A stretch of DNA of 64,000 bases from an uncultured Anaerolineales bacterium (GCA_964567975.1 CAZMOW010000002.1:1519-65518); one strand, 5' to 3'; counted from the stretch's first letter, positions 28,403-38,467 are shown. Numbers and translations: made by a program. The notes: generated by a model not told the origin, from the sequence alone.

Positions 28403-29005
28403 CTATCCGCCGTGGCGCGCCTCCGTGGCCTCGCCCCTGGTCCGAAGGAAGACATGCAGGATACGATGGAGGGCTGTGGCTACCGTACCAAAAGCCAGCA
28501 GCCAGAGGGCTGGGGCCGTCATGTCCAGGATCAGGGCGGCGACAAGGATGAGACTCCGCTCCACCCGCGTAAATAGGCCCACCTTGCACTCCACACCGAT
28601 GGCCTCGGCCCGCGCCCGTGTATAACTGACGAGGAGGGAACCGACGGCTGCGACGCCTGCCAGCATATCGTGGGGTCCCCCCTGTCCTCGATACCACCAG
28701 CCGAGCCCCAGGAGGAGACTGGCGTCCGCGATGCGGTCGAGGGAGGAATCGAGAAAGGCACCGAACCGCGTGACCTCCCCCGCATGGCGGGCCACCGCCC
28801 CATCAAGGGCGTCGGTGCCCATGGTGAACAACAGGATGATCCCTCCCAGGCGCAGATATCCCCCGGCGAGGAGGATGCCCACGGACACTGCGATCACGCA
28901 ACCGGCGATGGTCAGGGTGTTGGCCGAGATTCCCAGGCGCGCCAGGAACGCGGCCACGGGATCTATGGTCCCCCTGAAGACCTTTCTGAGCCAGGTGGTG
29001 AACAT
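28403..29005 (-). CDS. pgsA: CDP-alcohol phosphatidyltransferase (PgsA-like)
   Basis: Contains the DALDGAVAR...G...LD...D motif. The N-terminal ANTLTIAG helix is present. Confidence 0.75.
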   Translation of the reverse strand: MFTTWLRKVFRGTIDPVAAFLARLGISANTLTIAGCVIAVSVGILLAGGYLRLGGIILLFTMGTDALDGAVARHAGEVTRFGAFLDSSLDRIADASLLLGLGWWYRGQGGPHDMLAGVAAVGSLLVSYTRARAEAIGVECKVGLFTRVERSLILVAALILDMTAPALWLLAFGTVATALHRILHVFLRTRGEATEARHGG

Positions 29006-29091
29006 GAGCCTTCTCCCCGATAGTGTCGTCCTCAGATCGTGGTTCCTCATCATAGGGATAAAACCGGCACCCGTCAATCCAAGCTCTGATA

Positions 29092-29349
29092 GTGACGTTG
29101 ATCGGTTTCCTGGGCTTTATCCTGGGCGTCGTCATCTGGTGGGGGATATTTTCCAAGGTCGGCTACAGGGGCCTGTCGGGGCTCTTGATCTTTGTGCCCC
29201 TGGTCAACCTGATCGTCCCACTTTGCTTTGCCTTTGGGACCTGGCCCATAGAGCAAGAGATACGGCGTCTGGGGGAATCTCGCCAGGTATCGGGGCTAGG
29301 GGTGGGAATTGTCCCCCCTGGTGGTCGTCTCCGCCTGCGATTCCAGTAG
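29092..29349 (+). CDS. Small hydrophobic membrane protein (85 aa), unknown function
   Basis: Two predicted TM helices with a WWGIF motif. Its 3' end overlaps the GGDEF gene by 54 bp, in a convergent arrangement. Confidence 0.4.
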   Translation: MTLIGFLGFILGVVIWWGIFSKVGYRGLSGLLIFVPLVNLIVPLCFAFGTWPIEQEIRRLGESRQVSGLGVGIVPPGGRLRLRFQ

Positions 29350-30816
29350 GGATGGGAGGACGTCCTCTGCATCCTTACAGATGCTGCGCACCTGATCGCC
29401 GCCTCGGCTCTTGGCCAGATAGAGGCCGTTGTCGGCCCGGCTGACGATCTCGTCGGCCTTCTCGTTTGTTCCCGGTCGCGAGACGGCGACGCCCACACTG
29501 ACGGTGATATGCACCGTGTGGCCGGCCACATCAAAGGGTTCCTCGCGGATCTTTTTGCAAAGACGCCTGGCCAGGGCCAGGGCTTCCGCCCTCCCCGTTT
29601 GGGGTGCGAGGATGATGAACTCATCTCCCCCATAGCGGGCCACCACGTCCTCACACCGCACCTCGTTGCGCAGCAGGTTGGCCAGGGCTCGCAACAGACT
29701 GTCTCCCGCCTGATGCCCATAGGTGTCGTTGATGACCTTTAAACCGCTCTTGCTGTCGATGTCCAGCATGATGACGGCCAGCTGTTGGTCGTGGCGCGCG
29801 ATACGGCTCTTTTCGGCCTGCAGGAACTGGAAGAAGTGTCCATGGTCATATAATCCCGTCAGGCTATCCTGCGTGGCCAACTCTTGCATGCGCACAAACA
29901 GGTGGGCATTCTGGAGGGCGATGCTTCCCTGGGAGACGAGGACATCAAAGACCCTCATCGCCTCTGCATCGAATTCCTCATCGCCGTGTTTTGCCAGGAT
30001 GACCGTTGCCAGCACCTCGTCCTGGGCGCTCAAGTGGCGCATCTCCCAGCGTTGCCAGGGTCTTTTGTTGGTCTCTTGCGAGGGGAGGGCGATCTGGCGT
30101 ATCTGTATCTCATCCAGGCTGAAGCATTGAAGGAAGGGGGCTCCATCTGCCGCGCGGGAGAGCAGTTCGTCCCGCGCCTCGGGGGAGAGCGGTTTTCGTC
30201 CTCCGGCGATGGCTAAAGGTGGCTGTGTCTCCTCTCTTGGCGCAAGCAAGAGTCCCACCCCGTCACAGGGAAGGAGATTTAGGAACGCGTATACCAGTCC
30301 CTCCGCCATCTCTTGGGGATCCCTGATATCCGCCAGGGCCTCGCCCATGTTGCGTATGTGCTCAAGCTGCTGTTGCCGGCGCAATCGGAGCTCGCGGTTG
30401 GCCTCGCGGAGGTCCTTTACCAACCGGGCGTTTTCGCGGTGCAGGCGTTGTTTCTCCAGGGCGCGTGTGATGATCAGGGGAATGATACGCAGGTCGGAGA
30501 GGGGTTTTTCCAGATAGTCAAAGGCCCCCAATCTCAGCGCGTCGATGGCCGACTGCAGGTCGGCGTGTCCCGTGAGGATGATGATCTCGGCCCGGGGATA
30601 GAGCGCTTTGGCCCGCCGCAGGATCTCTATCCCACCGGCACCGGGCAACTTTAAGTCCACGATGCCCACGTCGATGGCCTTTTCCTCCAACACGCGGAAC
30701 GCGGTCTTTGTGTCGCGGGCATAGAGAACGTCATAGTCTTCTGCTTCGCAGAGCCTGCCCAGCAGCTGCCGGATATTCTCCTCGTCGTCAACTATCAGGA
30801 TCTTTTCGCCCGCCAC
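29296..30816 (-). CDS. Response regulator (REC) with GAF-like and GGDEF diguanylate cyclase domains
   Basis: REC domain with DDEENIR...D...LPG. GGDEF domain with RYGGDEF and an RxxD I-site. Confidence 0.85.
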   Translation of the reverse strand: MAGEKILIVDDEENIRQLLGRLCEAEDYDVLYARDTKTAFRVLEEKAIDVGIVDLKLPGAGGIEILRRAKALYPRAEIIILTGHADLQSAIDALRLGAFDYLEKPLSDLRIIPLIITRALEKQRLHRENARLVKDLREANRELRLRRQQQLEHIRNMGEALADIRDPQEMAEGLVYAFLNLLPCDGVGLLLAPREETQPPLAIAGGRKPLSPEARDELLSRAADGAPFLQCFSLDEIQIRQIALPSQETNKRPWQRWEMRHLSAQDEVLATVILAKHGDEEFDAEAMRVFDVLVSQGSIALQNAHLFVRMQELATQDSLTGLYDHGHFFQFLQAEKSRIARHDQQLAVIMLDIDSKSGLKVINDTYGHQAGDSLLRALANLLRNEVRCEDVVARYGGDEFIILAPQTGRAEALALARRLCKKIREEPFDVAGHTVHITVSVGVAVSRPGTNEKADEIVSRADNGLYLAKSRGGDQVRSICKDAEDVLPSLLESQAETTTRGDNSHP

Positions 30817-30819
30817 TTT

Positions 30820-31503
30820 TTACCTTTCTATGATTTCTATGCCCGAAGGCGAAGCGACGACGATCTTGTGCGCCAATCCAAGGAAGAGGCCGTTCTCCAC
30901 GACCCCGGGGATGCTGTTCAGGGTCAACGCCAGTTCCTTGGGGGATGGTATCTCGTCGTAGCGGCAATCTATGATATAGTTCCCCTCGTCGGTCACGTAC
31001 GGGCGCCCCTCATGCAGACGCAGTTCTGTCTCAGCGGCCGTGCGCTCCACGGCGGCTTGCGTACACTGCCAGCCGAAGCGCAGGATCTCTACGGGGACCG
31101 GCGCTTTGCTGCCCAATCTGGAGACGAGCTTGGAGTCGTCCACGACGATGATCTCCTTTTCGGTGACCGAGGCCACGATTTTTTCCCGCAACAGAAATCC
31201 TCCCAACCCCTTGATCAGATCGAGATGAGGATCCACCTCGTCGGCTCCGTCGATGGTCACGTCGATAGGCGACGATTCCTCCAGCGTGGTGACGGGTATG
31301 CCCTCGCCTTTGGCCAGCCGGCGCGTCTGCTCGGAAGTGGGGATGCCCACGATGTCGTAGAGCGCTCTCTCACGCAATTTCCGACCGATGCGAAGGGTGG
31401 CATGGCGCGCCGTCGTCCCGCTCCCCAGCCCTACCACCATCCCCGGCATGACAAAATCGGCAGCGCGGTATCCCGCTGCCCGTTTCAACTCCTCGGCTTC
31501 CAT
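30820..31503 (-). CDS. rpiA: Ribose-5-phosphate isomerase A
   Basis: GLGSGTT, DGADE and GGFLLREK motifs match RpiA. Confidence 0.9.
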   Translation of the reverse strand: MEAEELKRAAGYRAADFVMPGMVVGLGSGTTARHATLRIGRKLRERALYDIVGIPTSEQTRRLAKGEGIPVTTLEESSPIDVTIDGADEVDPHLDLIKGLGGFLLREKIVASVTEKEIIVVDDSKLVSRLGSKAPVPVEILRFGWQCTQAAVERTAAETELRLHEGRPYVTDEGNYIIDCRYDEIPSPKELALTLNSIPGVVENGLFLGLAHKIVVASPSGIEIIER

Positions 31504-31693
31504 ATGCTCCTTCTGTATGCAACCTTGTCTCGCAGGAAAGATGTACGACCCTCCCTCACCATATCGTTCGGATTCGCTGATTAGCAGGTACTGTTTCCTC
31601 TATGATAGTATATTCCCACCAAATCGCAAGCACGTTAACAGTGGCTAAAGCGACGGTAAAGTCCTGGTAAATTGATGATCATTCCCCAACGAT

Positions 31694-31722
31694 TTGGGAT
31701 ATTTGGGATAAAACTTGGGATA
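31694..31722. repeat. Three direct repeats of TTGGGATA (spacing 9 and 12 bp) in a divergent promoter region
   Basis: Repeats were read directly from the sequence. They lie upstream of a TTGACG-N17-TAGCAT promoter-like element for the Gfo/Idh/MocA gene. Confidence 0.3.
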
Positions 31723-31828
31723 TCCCGTGTTCTTGTATCCGCGCGTTTGACGCGCCTGAAATATGACGCTAGCATGGGATCGGGAGTGTGATAGTCGATG
31801 ATGATGAGTCCTGTAAGGAGGTGCTACC

Positions 31829-32863
31829 ATGTTGCGTGTTGCTATATTGGGCGTCGGATGGGCGGGCACGCGCCAGGTGGAGGCCATCCGCGAGCTGGGA
31901 GAGAAGGTGACGGTGGCGGCCCTCGTGGACAACGACGACGAGTTCCTGGTAAAAAAGTCGATGGAACTGGAGGTTGACAAGACCTATATCGACTATCGTC
32001 AGGCCCTGGCCGATCCCGACATCGACGCCGTGTCCATCTGCCTGCCCCACGCCCTGCACGCTCCCGTGGCCATAGAGGCCGCCGAGGCGGGTAAAGATAT
32101 CCTGTGCGAAAAGCCCATGGCCACCACGGTGGAAGAGGCCACCCGTATGATGGAGACCGTGGAGAGGGAGGGGGTCAAACTCTATATCGCCGAGAACGCG
32201 GTTTACACTTCTATGGCGCAAACTCTGCGGGAGATGGTGGTCAGCGGTGAGCATGTCGGCGAGCTGACCTTTGCCTCCATGGTCGCCGGCTTTCACGCCC
32301 TCGACTATGGATATCCGGGGCGTCGCAGCTGGCTCTCCGCGCCGGAAGCGGGGGGGAGCGGCACCTGGCTGCTTCACGGTATCCATAGCATGGCCAAGCT
32401 GCGCTATATCCTTGGCGAGGTGGAGACGGTGTATATGGGGGAACACAAGGCGAGTTCCTTCATGCGTGAGGATCTGGAGGGTACCATGTCCGGCCTGCTT
32501 ACCCTGAGAAGCGGGGTGCACGTTTCTGTGGTGCAGAGTTGTGAGACGCGTCTCAAGGGGCAACTGCGCGGCTATCGGCTCCACGGCGATCGGGGAAGTG
32601 TGCGCGCCTGGCGGGAGGGATATCAGGTCTTTTCTCACGATCTGTCGGAACATGAACTGCCTCCCATACGCGCCTACGAGGAACAATCCCTCTCCAGTTA
32701 TGCCCTGGAACTGGAGGCCTTTGCCGATTATGTCACGGGCGCTTTGGTGGGCCCCACCACAGCAGAGAGCGAACGGCGCAGCCTGGCCGTCGTGCAGGCC
32801 GGTTACGAGTCGGCCGAGAGTGGCCAGCCCATAAATCTACCAGAGCGCTTTGGCGAACTGTAA
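31829..32863 (+). CDS. Gfo/Idh/MocA family oxidoreductase
   Basis: N-terminal Rossmann fold ILGVGWAG, followed by EKP and the family C-terminal domain. Confidence 0.85.
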   Translation: MLRVAILGVGWAGTRQVEAIRELGEKVTVAALVDNDDEFLVKKSMELEVDKTYIDYRQALADPDIDAVSICLPHALHAPVAIEAAEAGKDILCEKPMATTVEEATRMMETVEREGVKLYIAENAVYTSMAQTLREMVVSGEHVGELTFASMVAGFHALDYGYPGRRSWLSAPEAGGSGTWLLHGIHSMAKLRYILGEVETVYMGEHKASSFMREDLEGTMSGLLTLRSGVHVSVVQSCETRLKGQLRGYRLHGDRGSVRAWREGYQVFSHDLSEHELPPIRAYEEQSLSSYALELEAFADYVTGALVGPTTAESERRSLAVVQAGYESAESGQPINLPERFGEL

Positions 32864-32872
32864 AGATCGATG

Positions 32873-33574
32873 TTAATAAGATCTCCTTCGATATCTCGTG
32901 GGCCGGGGCGGCTGTGGAGGGTTCTTTTTTCTGAGCCCCCAACCGATCAGCAATCCGGCGACAAATCCGCCGATGTGGGCGAACCAGGCCACCCCACCTG
33001 TTGTGGACATCATGCCCAGAGAGGCGAGACCGTTGAATATCTGTAACACGAACCAGAGCCCCAAGACGATGATGGCCGGCAGTTCGACGAGCCGGATAAA
33101 GCGGAAGACAAAGATAAGGGTGCGCACGCGGGCATGGGGAAACAGCACCAGGTAGGCGCCGAGTACGCCGGCCACGGCGCCACTGGCGCCGATGGTGGGC
33201 ACCGTCGATGTGGGGTAGACGGCGATCTGGGCAAAGGCGGCGGCGATGCCCGCTACCAGATAAAAGAGCAAAAAGGCTCCGGCGCCCATCGTTTCTTCTA
33301 TATTGTCGCCAAAGATCCACAGATAGAGCATGTTCCCCAAGACATGAAGCCAACTCCCATGCATGAACATGGAGGTCAGCAGGCTGGTGGCCTCCGACAG
33401 GCCCACCCCGGCGGTCACCTCGCTGGGGATCATGCCCCCCTTTATTATCAATTGCACCGCTTCCTCTTGTGGCAGAGAGAACTGGTAGAGGAACACCAGC
33501 ACGTTGAGCACGATGATGGCCACTGTCACGATGGGGAAGCGCCGCCTGGGGTGAACATTGCCGATGGGGATCAT
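32873..33574 (-). CDS. Rhomboid family intramembrane serine protease
   Basis: Six TM helices. GASGAV catalytic serine motif and a catalytic H in the TM6 HIGGF motif. Confidence 0.85.
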   Translation of the reverse strand: MIPIGNVHPRRRFPIVTVAIIVLNVLVFLYQFSLPQEEAVQLIIKGGMIPSEVTAGVGLSEATSLLTSMFMHGSWLHVLGNMLYLWIFGDNIEETMGAGAFLLFYLVAGIAAAFAQIAVYPTSTVPTIGASGAVAGVLGAYLVLFPHARVRTLIFVFRFIRLVELPAIIVLGLWFVLQIFNGLASLGMMSTTGGVAWFAHIGGFVAGLLIGWGLRKKNPPQPPRPTRYRRRSY

Positions 33575-33632
33575 CCGCTCTTTGCCTTTCCCATCATCTC
33601 AAGACCATATTCTGCGGGGTAGCGGTCCTTTT

Positions 33633-34961
33633 TCATGGGGCGAACGCCTCCGTCACCTCCCGGGCCATCTCTGCCCAGGCCCACAGGCGCTGTGGCTCAT
33701 AGCGCACGGTGCTGATATCCTTCATGATCACCTCCACCACACAGCCCCGCGCTTTTTCCAGAACCTGGACCAACTCTTCCCGTGCCTGCGCCAGGTTCCA
33801 CGCATCCTGGGCAAAGATGGCGGGATTCGGTTTGTGAGAAAAGACATAATCATCCCCCACGTTCTCCACCGCCACGTCCACGTCGATCCACGGGCTCATA
33901 GAGATCTTGCGCAGGTTGGGCACGCTCCTCAGCATATCGACCTTGAGGTGTAGGGGCTCGCAGCAGCCATAGTAGGTCAGACCAAAGCGTTCTAGCCAGC
34001 GTTTTTCGTACTTTAGGGCGAATTCCCGATGCATCTCGGGCGACACGTCGGAGAATATCTGGGCCGTGGCGCAGCCCCACAGATCCCGGGGACGCACATG
34101 TCGCGGGTCATAATCCGCTGAGGGAAGGTCATCGGTATAGCCATAGCCGCCCGAGCCAATGCGCGCGTTCCTGTCGTTTCGAGAGAGCAATCCCTGTTCC
34201 TCATATTGGTCGAGGCGCGAGAGGTAGGCCCGTATCAGGCGTTCCATGGCCGCATGCACCAACTGGGGCCGCATGACCATGTCCACCATGGCTTCTTCCA
34301 CGCCCCACCAGCGGATCAGCTCGTCCCAGGGAGCGAACCAGAATCCGGGAGCGCCCCGCTTTTCCACGGGCAGGATGTCCCCCAGCAGATTCTTTAGGAA
34401 CTGGAAGTTGCGCTCTGTGGCCCCGGCGTCATATTCAACGTGGGGCCTCTCGATCTTTTTCAGATCTTTCTCGTCCTGGATCTGCAGGTAAAAGTGCCGG
34501 GAGACGATGGAACTGGCCGCGTCCGTCCTGGCGATATCCACGTCCTCGGTGATGCCGAATCCTGTATCGTGCACCACAAGGGGACAATGAAACACGGGTT
34601 CCACCACCATGTCGCCGGGCATGTGCTTCCATTGGTAGAGCGTCTTGCGCAGGGTATATTCTACGGAGCAGCAGAGGGCATCGAACGTCTCGGCGCTGGG
34701 CTTTTCGGCGTCCGCCGCCCGATCTATGCCGTATTCGCGGGCACGGGCGGCCTCGGTACCCGTGCGCAGCGTCAACTCGTCGTTCACGTTCATCTCGTGC
34801 CAGGGGATCTCGTTGATCCATACCATGGGTTTGACGGCTTCCAGGTCGTTCAGGCGACGCCACATCTCTGCCCGCTCCCTTTGGATGGGCAGGCTGGCGA
34901 GCTCGGCCACCTCCTGGGCCAGATTTCGCAGAATATTCCTGTCTTGATCGGATACAGTCAA
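33633..34961 (-). CDS. Conserved hypothetical protein (442 aa), function unknown
   Basis: Long ORF with consistent codon usage. Co-directional with the rhomboid gene 58 bp downstream. I recognise no motifs with confidence. Confidence 0.5.
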   Translation of the reverse strand: MTVSDQDRNILRNLAQEVAELASLPIQRERAEMWRRLNDLEAVKPMVWINEIPWHEMNVNDELTLRTGTEAARAREYGIDRAADAEKPSAETFDALCCSVEYTLRKTLYQWKHMPGDMVVEPVFHCPLVVHDTGFGITEDVDIARTDAASSIVSRHFYLQIQDEKDLKKIERPHVEYDAGATERNFQFLKNLLGDILPVEKRGAPGFWFAPWDELIRWWGVEEAMVDMVMRPQLVHAAMERLIRAYLSRLDQYEEQGLLSRNDRNARIGSGGYGYTDDLPSADYDPRHVRPRDLWGCATAQIFSDVSPEMHREFALKYEKRWLERFGLTYYGCCEPLHLKVDMLRSVPNLRKISMSPWIDVDVAVENVGDDYVFSHKPNPAIFAQDAWNLAQAREELVQVLEKARGCVVEVIMKDISTVRYEPQRLWAWAEMAREVTEAFAP

Positions 34962-34983
34962 GGCATACCTCGTCCGTCGTTCT

Positions 34984-35814
34984 CTACGGCTCCATCTCCT
35001 CTATGCGCGTCACCAGGATGCGTCTGTCCCCATAATCTGAGACGCCATAATCCAGCACTCCCCAGATGCGGATGACGGTTCCCGTATCTCGATAAGCCTC
35101 CAATTCCTGGGCCAGGCGATCGATGGGCGAGGCGATGCCGTACTGCCCACTGGGCGATTGGGCATAAAAGTAATCGTCATAGGCCGCCTCGGGGGGCAGT
35201 GAATGCACCGTGCCGATCCAGCCCTCCACCAGTTCGCTGTCGGGTACGGGGGTGGGAGGTGCCGCTTCTACCTCCAGACGCTCCGCGCGGATGCGCACGT
35301 CCCCGTAATCCTCCACGTCCCGCTGGAGCACGCCCCATATCCTGATGATCCGTTCGCTGTCGCGCCACTGGGCCAGTTCCTTTTCCAGTGCCGCGTCGGC
35401 GGCCTCGATGCCGTATTGCCCCCCCTCCCCTCCCAGGCGCCGGAAATAATCGTCAAAGGTGGCGGCTTCGGGCAGGCTGTGCAGCCTGCCCCGCCAGCCC
35501 TCCACGCGCTCGGGCGTCGTGGTGGGTGTCGCCGTTGTCGGGGTCGCCGTCGGCTGGGGGGTCTCGGTGATGATCGCGTCCGTCTGGGTGGCTTCCACGG
35601 TGGCCGTCGGGGGCTCGGGCGTGGCGGTGGATGTTGATGTGACGGTGAGCGTGGGCGTGATGGAAGGAGGGGAGGTATCCGCCGGCGTCCGGGTTGGCAG
35701 CGGCATCCAGGTGGCGGGCGGCTCCTCTGTCTCGATAAGGGCCGAACACCCGCACAGTGCAGCGCATAATAGGATGAGGCTCCCTGCCAACATCAGCCCC
35801 CGCCGTCTGTACAC
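34984..35814 (-). CDS. Secreted lipoprotein with Thr/Pro-rich linker and two tandem ~75-aa repeat domains
   Basis: Lipobox LLCAALCGCS. A T/P-rich spacer is followed by two repeats of the pattern VEGW.G..HSLP.EA..DDYF...GQYGI......L..EL...RD....IRIWGVL...V.DYGD.RI...R.E. Confidence 0.6.
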   Translation of the reverse strand: MYRRRGLMLAGSLILLCAALCGCSALIETEEPPATWMPLPTRTPADTSPPSITPTLTVTSTSTATPEPPTATVEATQTDAIITETPQPTATPTTATPTTTPERVEGWRGRLHSLPEAATFDDYFRRLGGEGGQYGIEAADAALEKELAQWRDSERIIRIWGVLQRDVEDYGDVRIRAERLEVEAAPPTPVPDSELVEGWIGTVHSLPPEAAYDDYFYAQSPSGQYGIASPIDRLAQELEAYRDTGTVIRIWGVLDYGVSDYGDRRILVTRIEEMEP

Positions 35815-35899
35815 CTCAGTTCCTCCGTCATCTCGCGATCCCCACCGTTACATCTCCCATTATATGTGGGGGATAATATGGATACAAGGCGCCGCCGCG

Positions 35900-38467
35900 C
35901 TACATGGCCCAGAGGGTCAGGCCGGGTAGCGGATTGTGTTCCAACTCTTTATGTTGGGGCGTGACGCGGACGGTATAGCCATACATGCCGCTTTGTCCGG
36001 AGGGAATGCTGGCCGTATAGACGTGGTTCCCCTCCTCGTCGCGCTCCTGGTGGGTCATGGGCGTCGTCTTGTACTCGGTGATGTTGTGTTGTCGGCTGAT
36101 ATTGCCGTGATAGACACGCACCAGCACGTCATCCGGCGTCAGGGGCGCCAGCTGCAGGCGCGCTGTGATGTCGATCCCGGCGTTGCCAGGCACGTCCCCC
36201 TCGGCGTTGGATTCTACGGCCACGATGCGTACGGCCTGCCAGTTCTGACGCACTTTTTGGCGCCAGGCGGCCAGTTCCTTGGCCTTGTGCGCGCCATCCG
36301 CGGCCAGGGTCTCGTACTGCCGCTTGGCGGGCACGTAAAGATTCTCGACATAGTCCTGCACCATGCGGTGGGTATTAAAAAAGGGCGCGATGTCGCGGAT
36401 GGCGTGCTTCATCTTTCTGATCCAGCCATTAGGCAGCTCGTCCGCGCCCACCTCGTAGAAGAGGGGCACAATCTCCTCCTCCAGGAGGTCATAGAGAGCC
36501 TGGGCCTCGATCCTGTCGCCATAATCTGGATCATCGTACGTTTCGCCCTTGCCGATGCGCCAGCCGTTCTGGGGCGCGTATCCCTCAACCCACCAGCCGT
36601 CCATGGTGCTCACGTGGAGGACGCCATTGAGAGCGGCCTTCATGCCGCTGGTACCGCTGGCCTCCATGCCCACACGGGGCGTGTTCAGCCAGATATCCGA
36701 TCCCTGCACCAGATAGCGAGCTAAAGAGATGTCGTAATCCTCCAAAAAGATGATGTGTCTGCGTAGATCCTCGCGCCGTGCCAGGTGCACGATCTCTCGA
36801 ATATACTCTTTGGCCGGATCGTCATGGGGATGGGCTTTGCCGGCAAAGATGATCTGCACGGGCCTCTCGGGATTGGTGAGGATATCCACCAGGCGTTCCA
36901 CGTCGTGGAACAGGAGGAGGGCCCGCTTGTAAGTGGCAAAGCGCCGCGCAAAGCCAATGGTCAGGGCATCGGAATCGAGGAGGTCCTCTGGTTCAAGACC
37001 CCCCTGGAGGCTGGTGCCGCGTCGCTCCAACTGCTGGCCAAAGTGCTCGCGCGCGACGGTCACCAGGCGAGAGCGCCGCAGTTCGTGGGTGCGCCACAGT
37101 TCCCGTTCGGGGATGTCGTCCACCCTTCTCCACGACGTGGGGTCCGCCGGGTTTTCTTTCCACTGCACGCCGAGGTGGCGCGTAAACAGCCTTTCCATAT
37201 CGCCAGAGATCCAGGAAAGATGATGAATGCCGTTGGTTATGGGGATGATGGGTACCTCCTGGCCGAGCATGCCCGGCCAGAGATGTTGCCACATCTCGCG
37301 CGCGATCTCTCCATGGCGTTTGCTTACCCCATTGGTGTGCTCGGCCAGGCGAAGGGCCAACACGGCCATAGAAAACTGATCGTTTGGTGAAGCGTCGGGG
37401 GGGCGTCCCAACCGTAGGGCCTGTCGGCGCGTCAGGTCCACCCTATGATAGTGCTCGGAGAAATACTTGTCGATGAGCTCGGGAGGGAAGCGATCGATGC
37501 CCGCCGGGACGGGGGTATGCGTGGTAAAGACATTCCCAGAACTGACCAGTTCGCGGGCGGCGCCAAAGGAGAGTTCCTGTTCCTGCATCATCCTGCGGAT
37601 GCGCTCCACGCCCAGGAACGCCGAGTGGCCCTCGTTCATGTGGCAGACCGTCGGCTTGATTCCCAGGGCGTCCAACGCGCGCATGCCGCCCACACCCAGC
37701 ATCATCTCCTGGCGGATGCGCATATCCATGTGTCCCCCATAAAGCGTGCTCGTGATCTCGCGGCCCTCTGGGGAATTGGTTTCCAGGTTCGTATTCAGCA
37801 GGTATAGGGGTATGCGCCCCACTTGGGCGTGCCATACCTGCGCCACCACGGGGCCGGTGGGATAGTGCACGGTTACGGTAATCGGTTCCCCGTTCTCGTC
37901 CTGCTCCATCTGGAGGGGCATGGTGTGAAAATCGTTAAGGGGATAGGACTCTTGCTGCCAGCCGTCGGCGTTCAGGTATTGATGAAAATAGCCGTTCTGG
38001 TACAAAAGCCCCACGCCCACGAGGGGAATGCCCAGGTTGCTCGCCGACTTGAGATGGTCGCCTGAGAGGACGCCCAAACCGCCCGAATAGTTTGGGATAC
38101 ATTCGGTGATCCCAAACTCCATGGAAAAATAGGCCACGCGCAGATCGGACGCCTCATCGCCCATGTTGAGATTAAACCACGTGTCTCCCTTGGCCATATA
38201 CTCGTCCAGATTCTGGCATATGCGATTCATGTTCTCCAGAAACTCTTGATCCTGGGCCAGTTCTTCCAATCGCTGTTGGCGTATCTCTCCCAGCATCTGA
38301 ACGGGATTTTGCCGCGTGCGTTCCCACAGATCCTGGTCAAGGGATATAAAGAGAGAGCGCGCCTCAGAATTCCACGTCCACCACAGATTGTAGACCAACC
38401 TGCGCAAGGGGGTCAGTTCTTCCGGCAGGGAGGGAACCACCTTGAATGTCTGGAAAGGACGCAGCAT
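35900..38467 (-). CDS. glgP: Alpha-glucan (glycogen/maltodextrin) phosphorylase, GT35, long form with N-terminal DUF3417
   Basis: 855 aa. N-terminus LRRLVYNLWWTWN. The PLP-binding lysine region (EASGTSGMK) is present. Confidence 0.9.
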   Translation of the reverse strand: MLRPFQTFKVVPSLPEELTPLRRLVYNLWWTWNSEARSLFISLDQDLWERTRQNPVQMLGEIRQQRLEELAQDQEFLENMNRICQNLDEYMAKGDTWFNLNMGDEASDLRVAYFSMEFGITECIPNYSGGLGVLSGDHLKSASNLGIPLVGVGLLYQNGYFHQYLNADGWQQESYPLNDFHTMPLQMEQDENGEPITVTVHYPTGPVVAQVWHAQVGRIPLYLLNTNLETNSPEGREITSTLYGGHMDMRIRQEMMLGVGGMRALDALGIKPTVCHMNEGHSAFLGVERIRRMMQEQELSFGAARELVSSGNVFTTHTPVPAGIDRFPPELIDKYFSEHYHRVDLTRRQALRLGRPPDASPNDQFSMAVLALRLAEHTNGVSKRHGEIAREMWQHLWPGMLGQEVPIIPITNGIHHLSWISGDMERLFTRHLGVQWKENPADPTSWRRVDDIPERELWRTHELRRSRLVTVAREHFGQQLERRGTSLQGGLEPEDLLDSDALTIGFARRFATYKRALLLFHDVERLVDILTNPERPVQIIFAGKAHPHDDPAKEYIREIVHLARREDLRRHIIFLEDYDISLARYLVQGSDIWLNTPRVGMEASGTSGMKAALNGVLHVSTMDGWWVEGYAPQNGWRIGKGETYDDPDYGDRIEAQALYDLLEEEIVPLFYEVGADELPNGWIRKMKHAIRDIAPFFNTHRMVQDYVENLYVPAKRQYETLAADGAHKAKELAAWRQKVRQNWQAVRIVAVESNAEGDVPGNAGIDITARLQLAPLTPDDVLVRVYHGNISRQHNITEYKTTPMTHQERDEEGNHVYTASIPSGQSGMYGYTVRVTPQHKELEHNPLPGLTLWAM

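Noticed and set aside
35815-35899. Near-palindrome ccattatatgtgggggataatatgg upstream of the lipoprotein gene
   Set aside because: The arms are not exactly complementary (atataatgg vs ataatatgg). Probably just the AT-rich -10 region.
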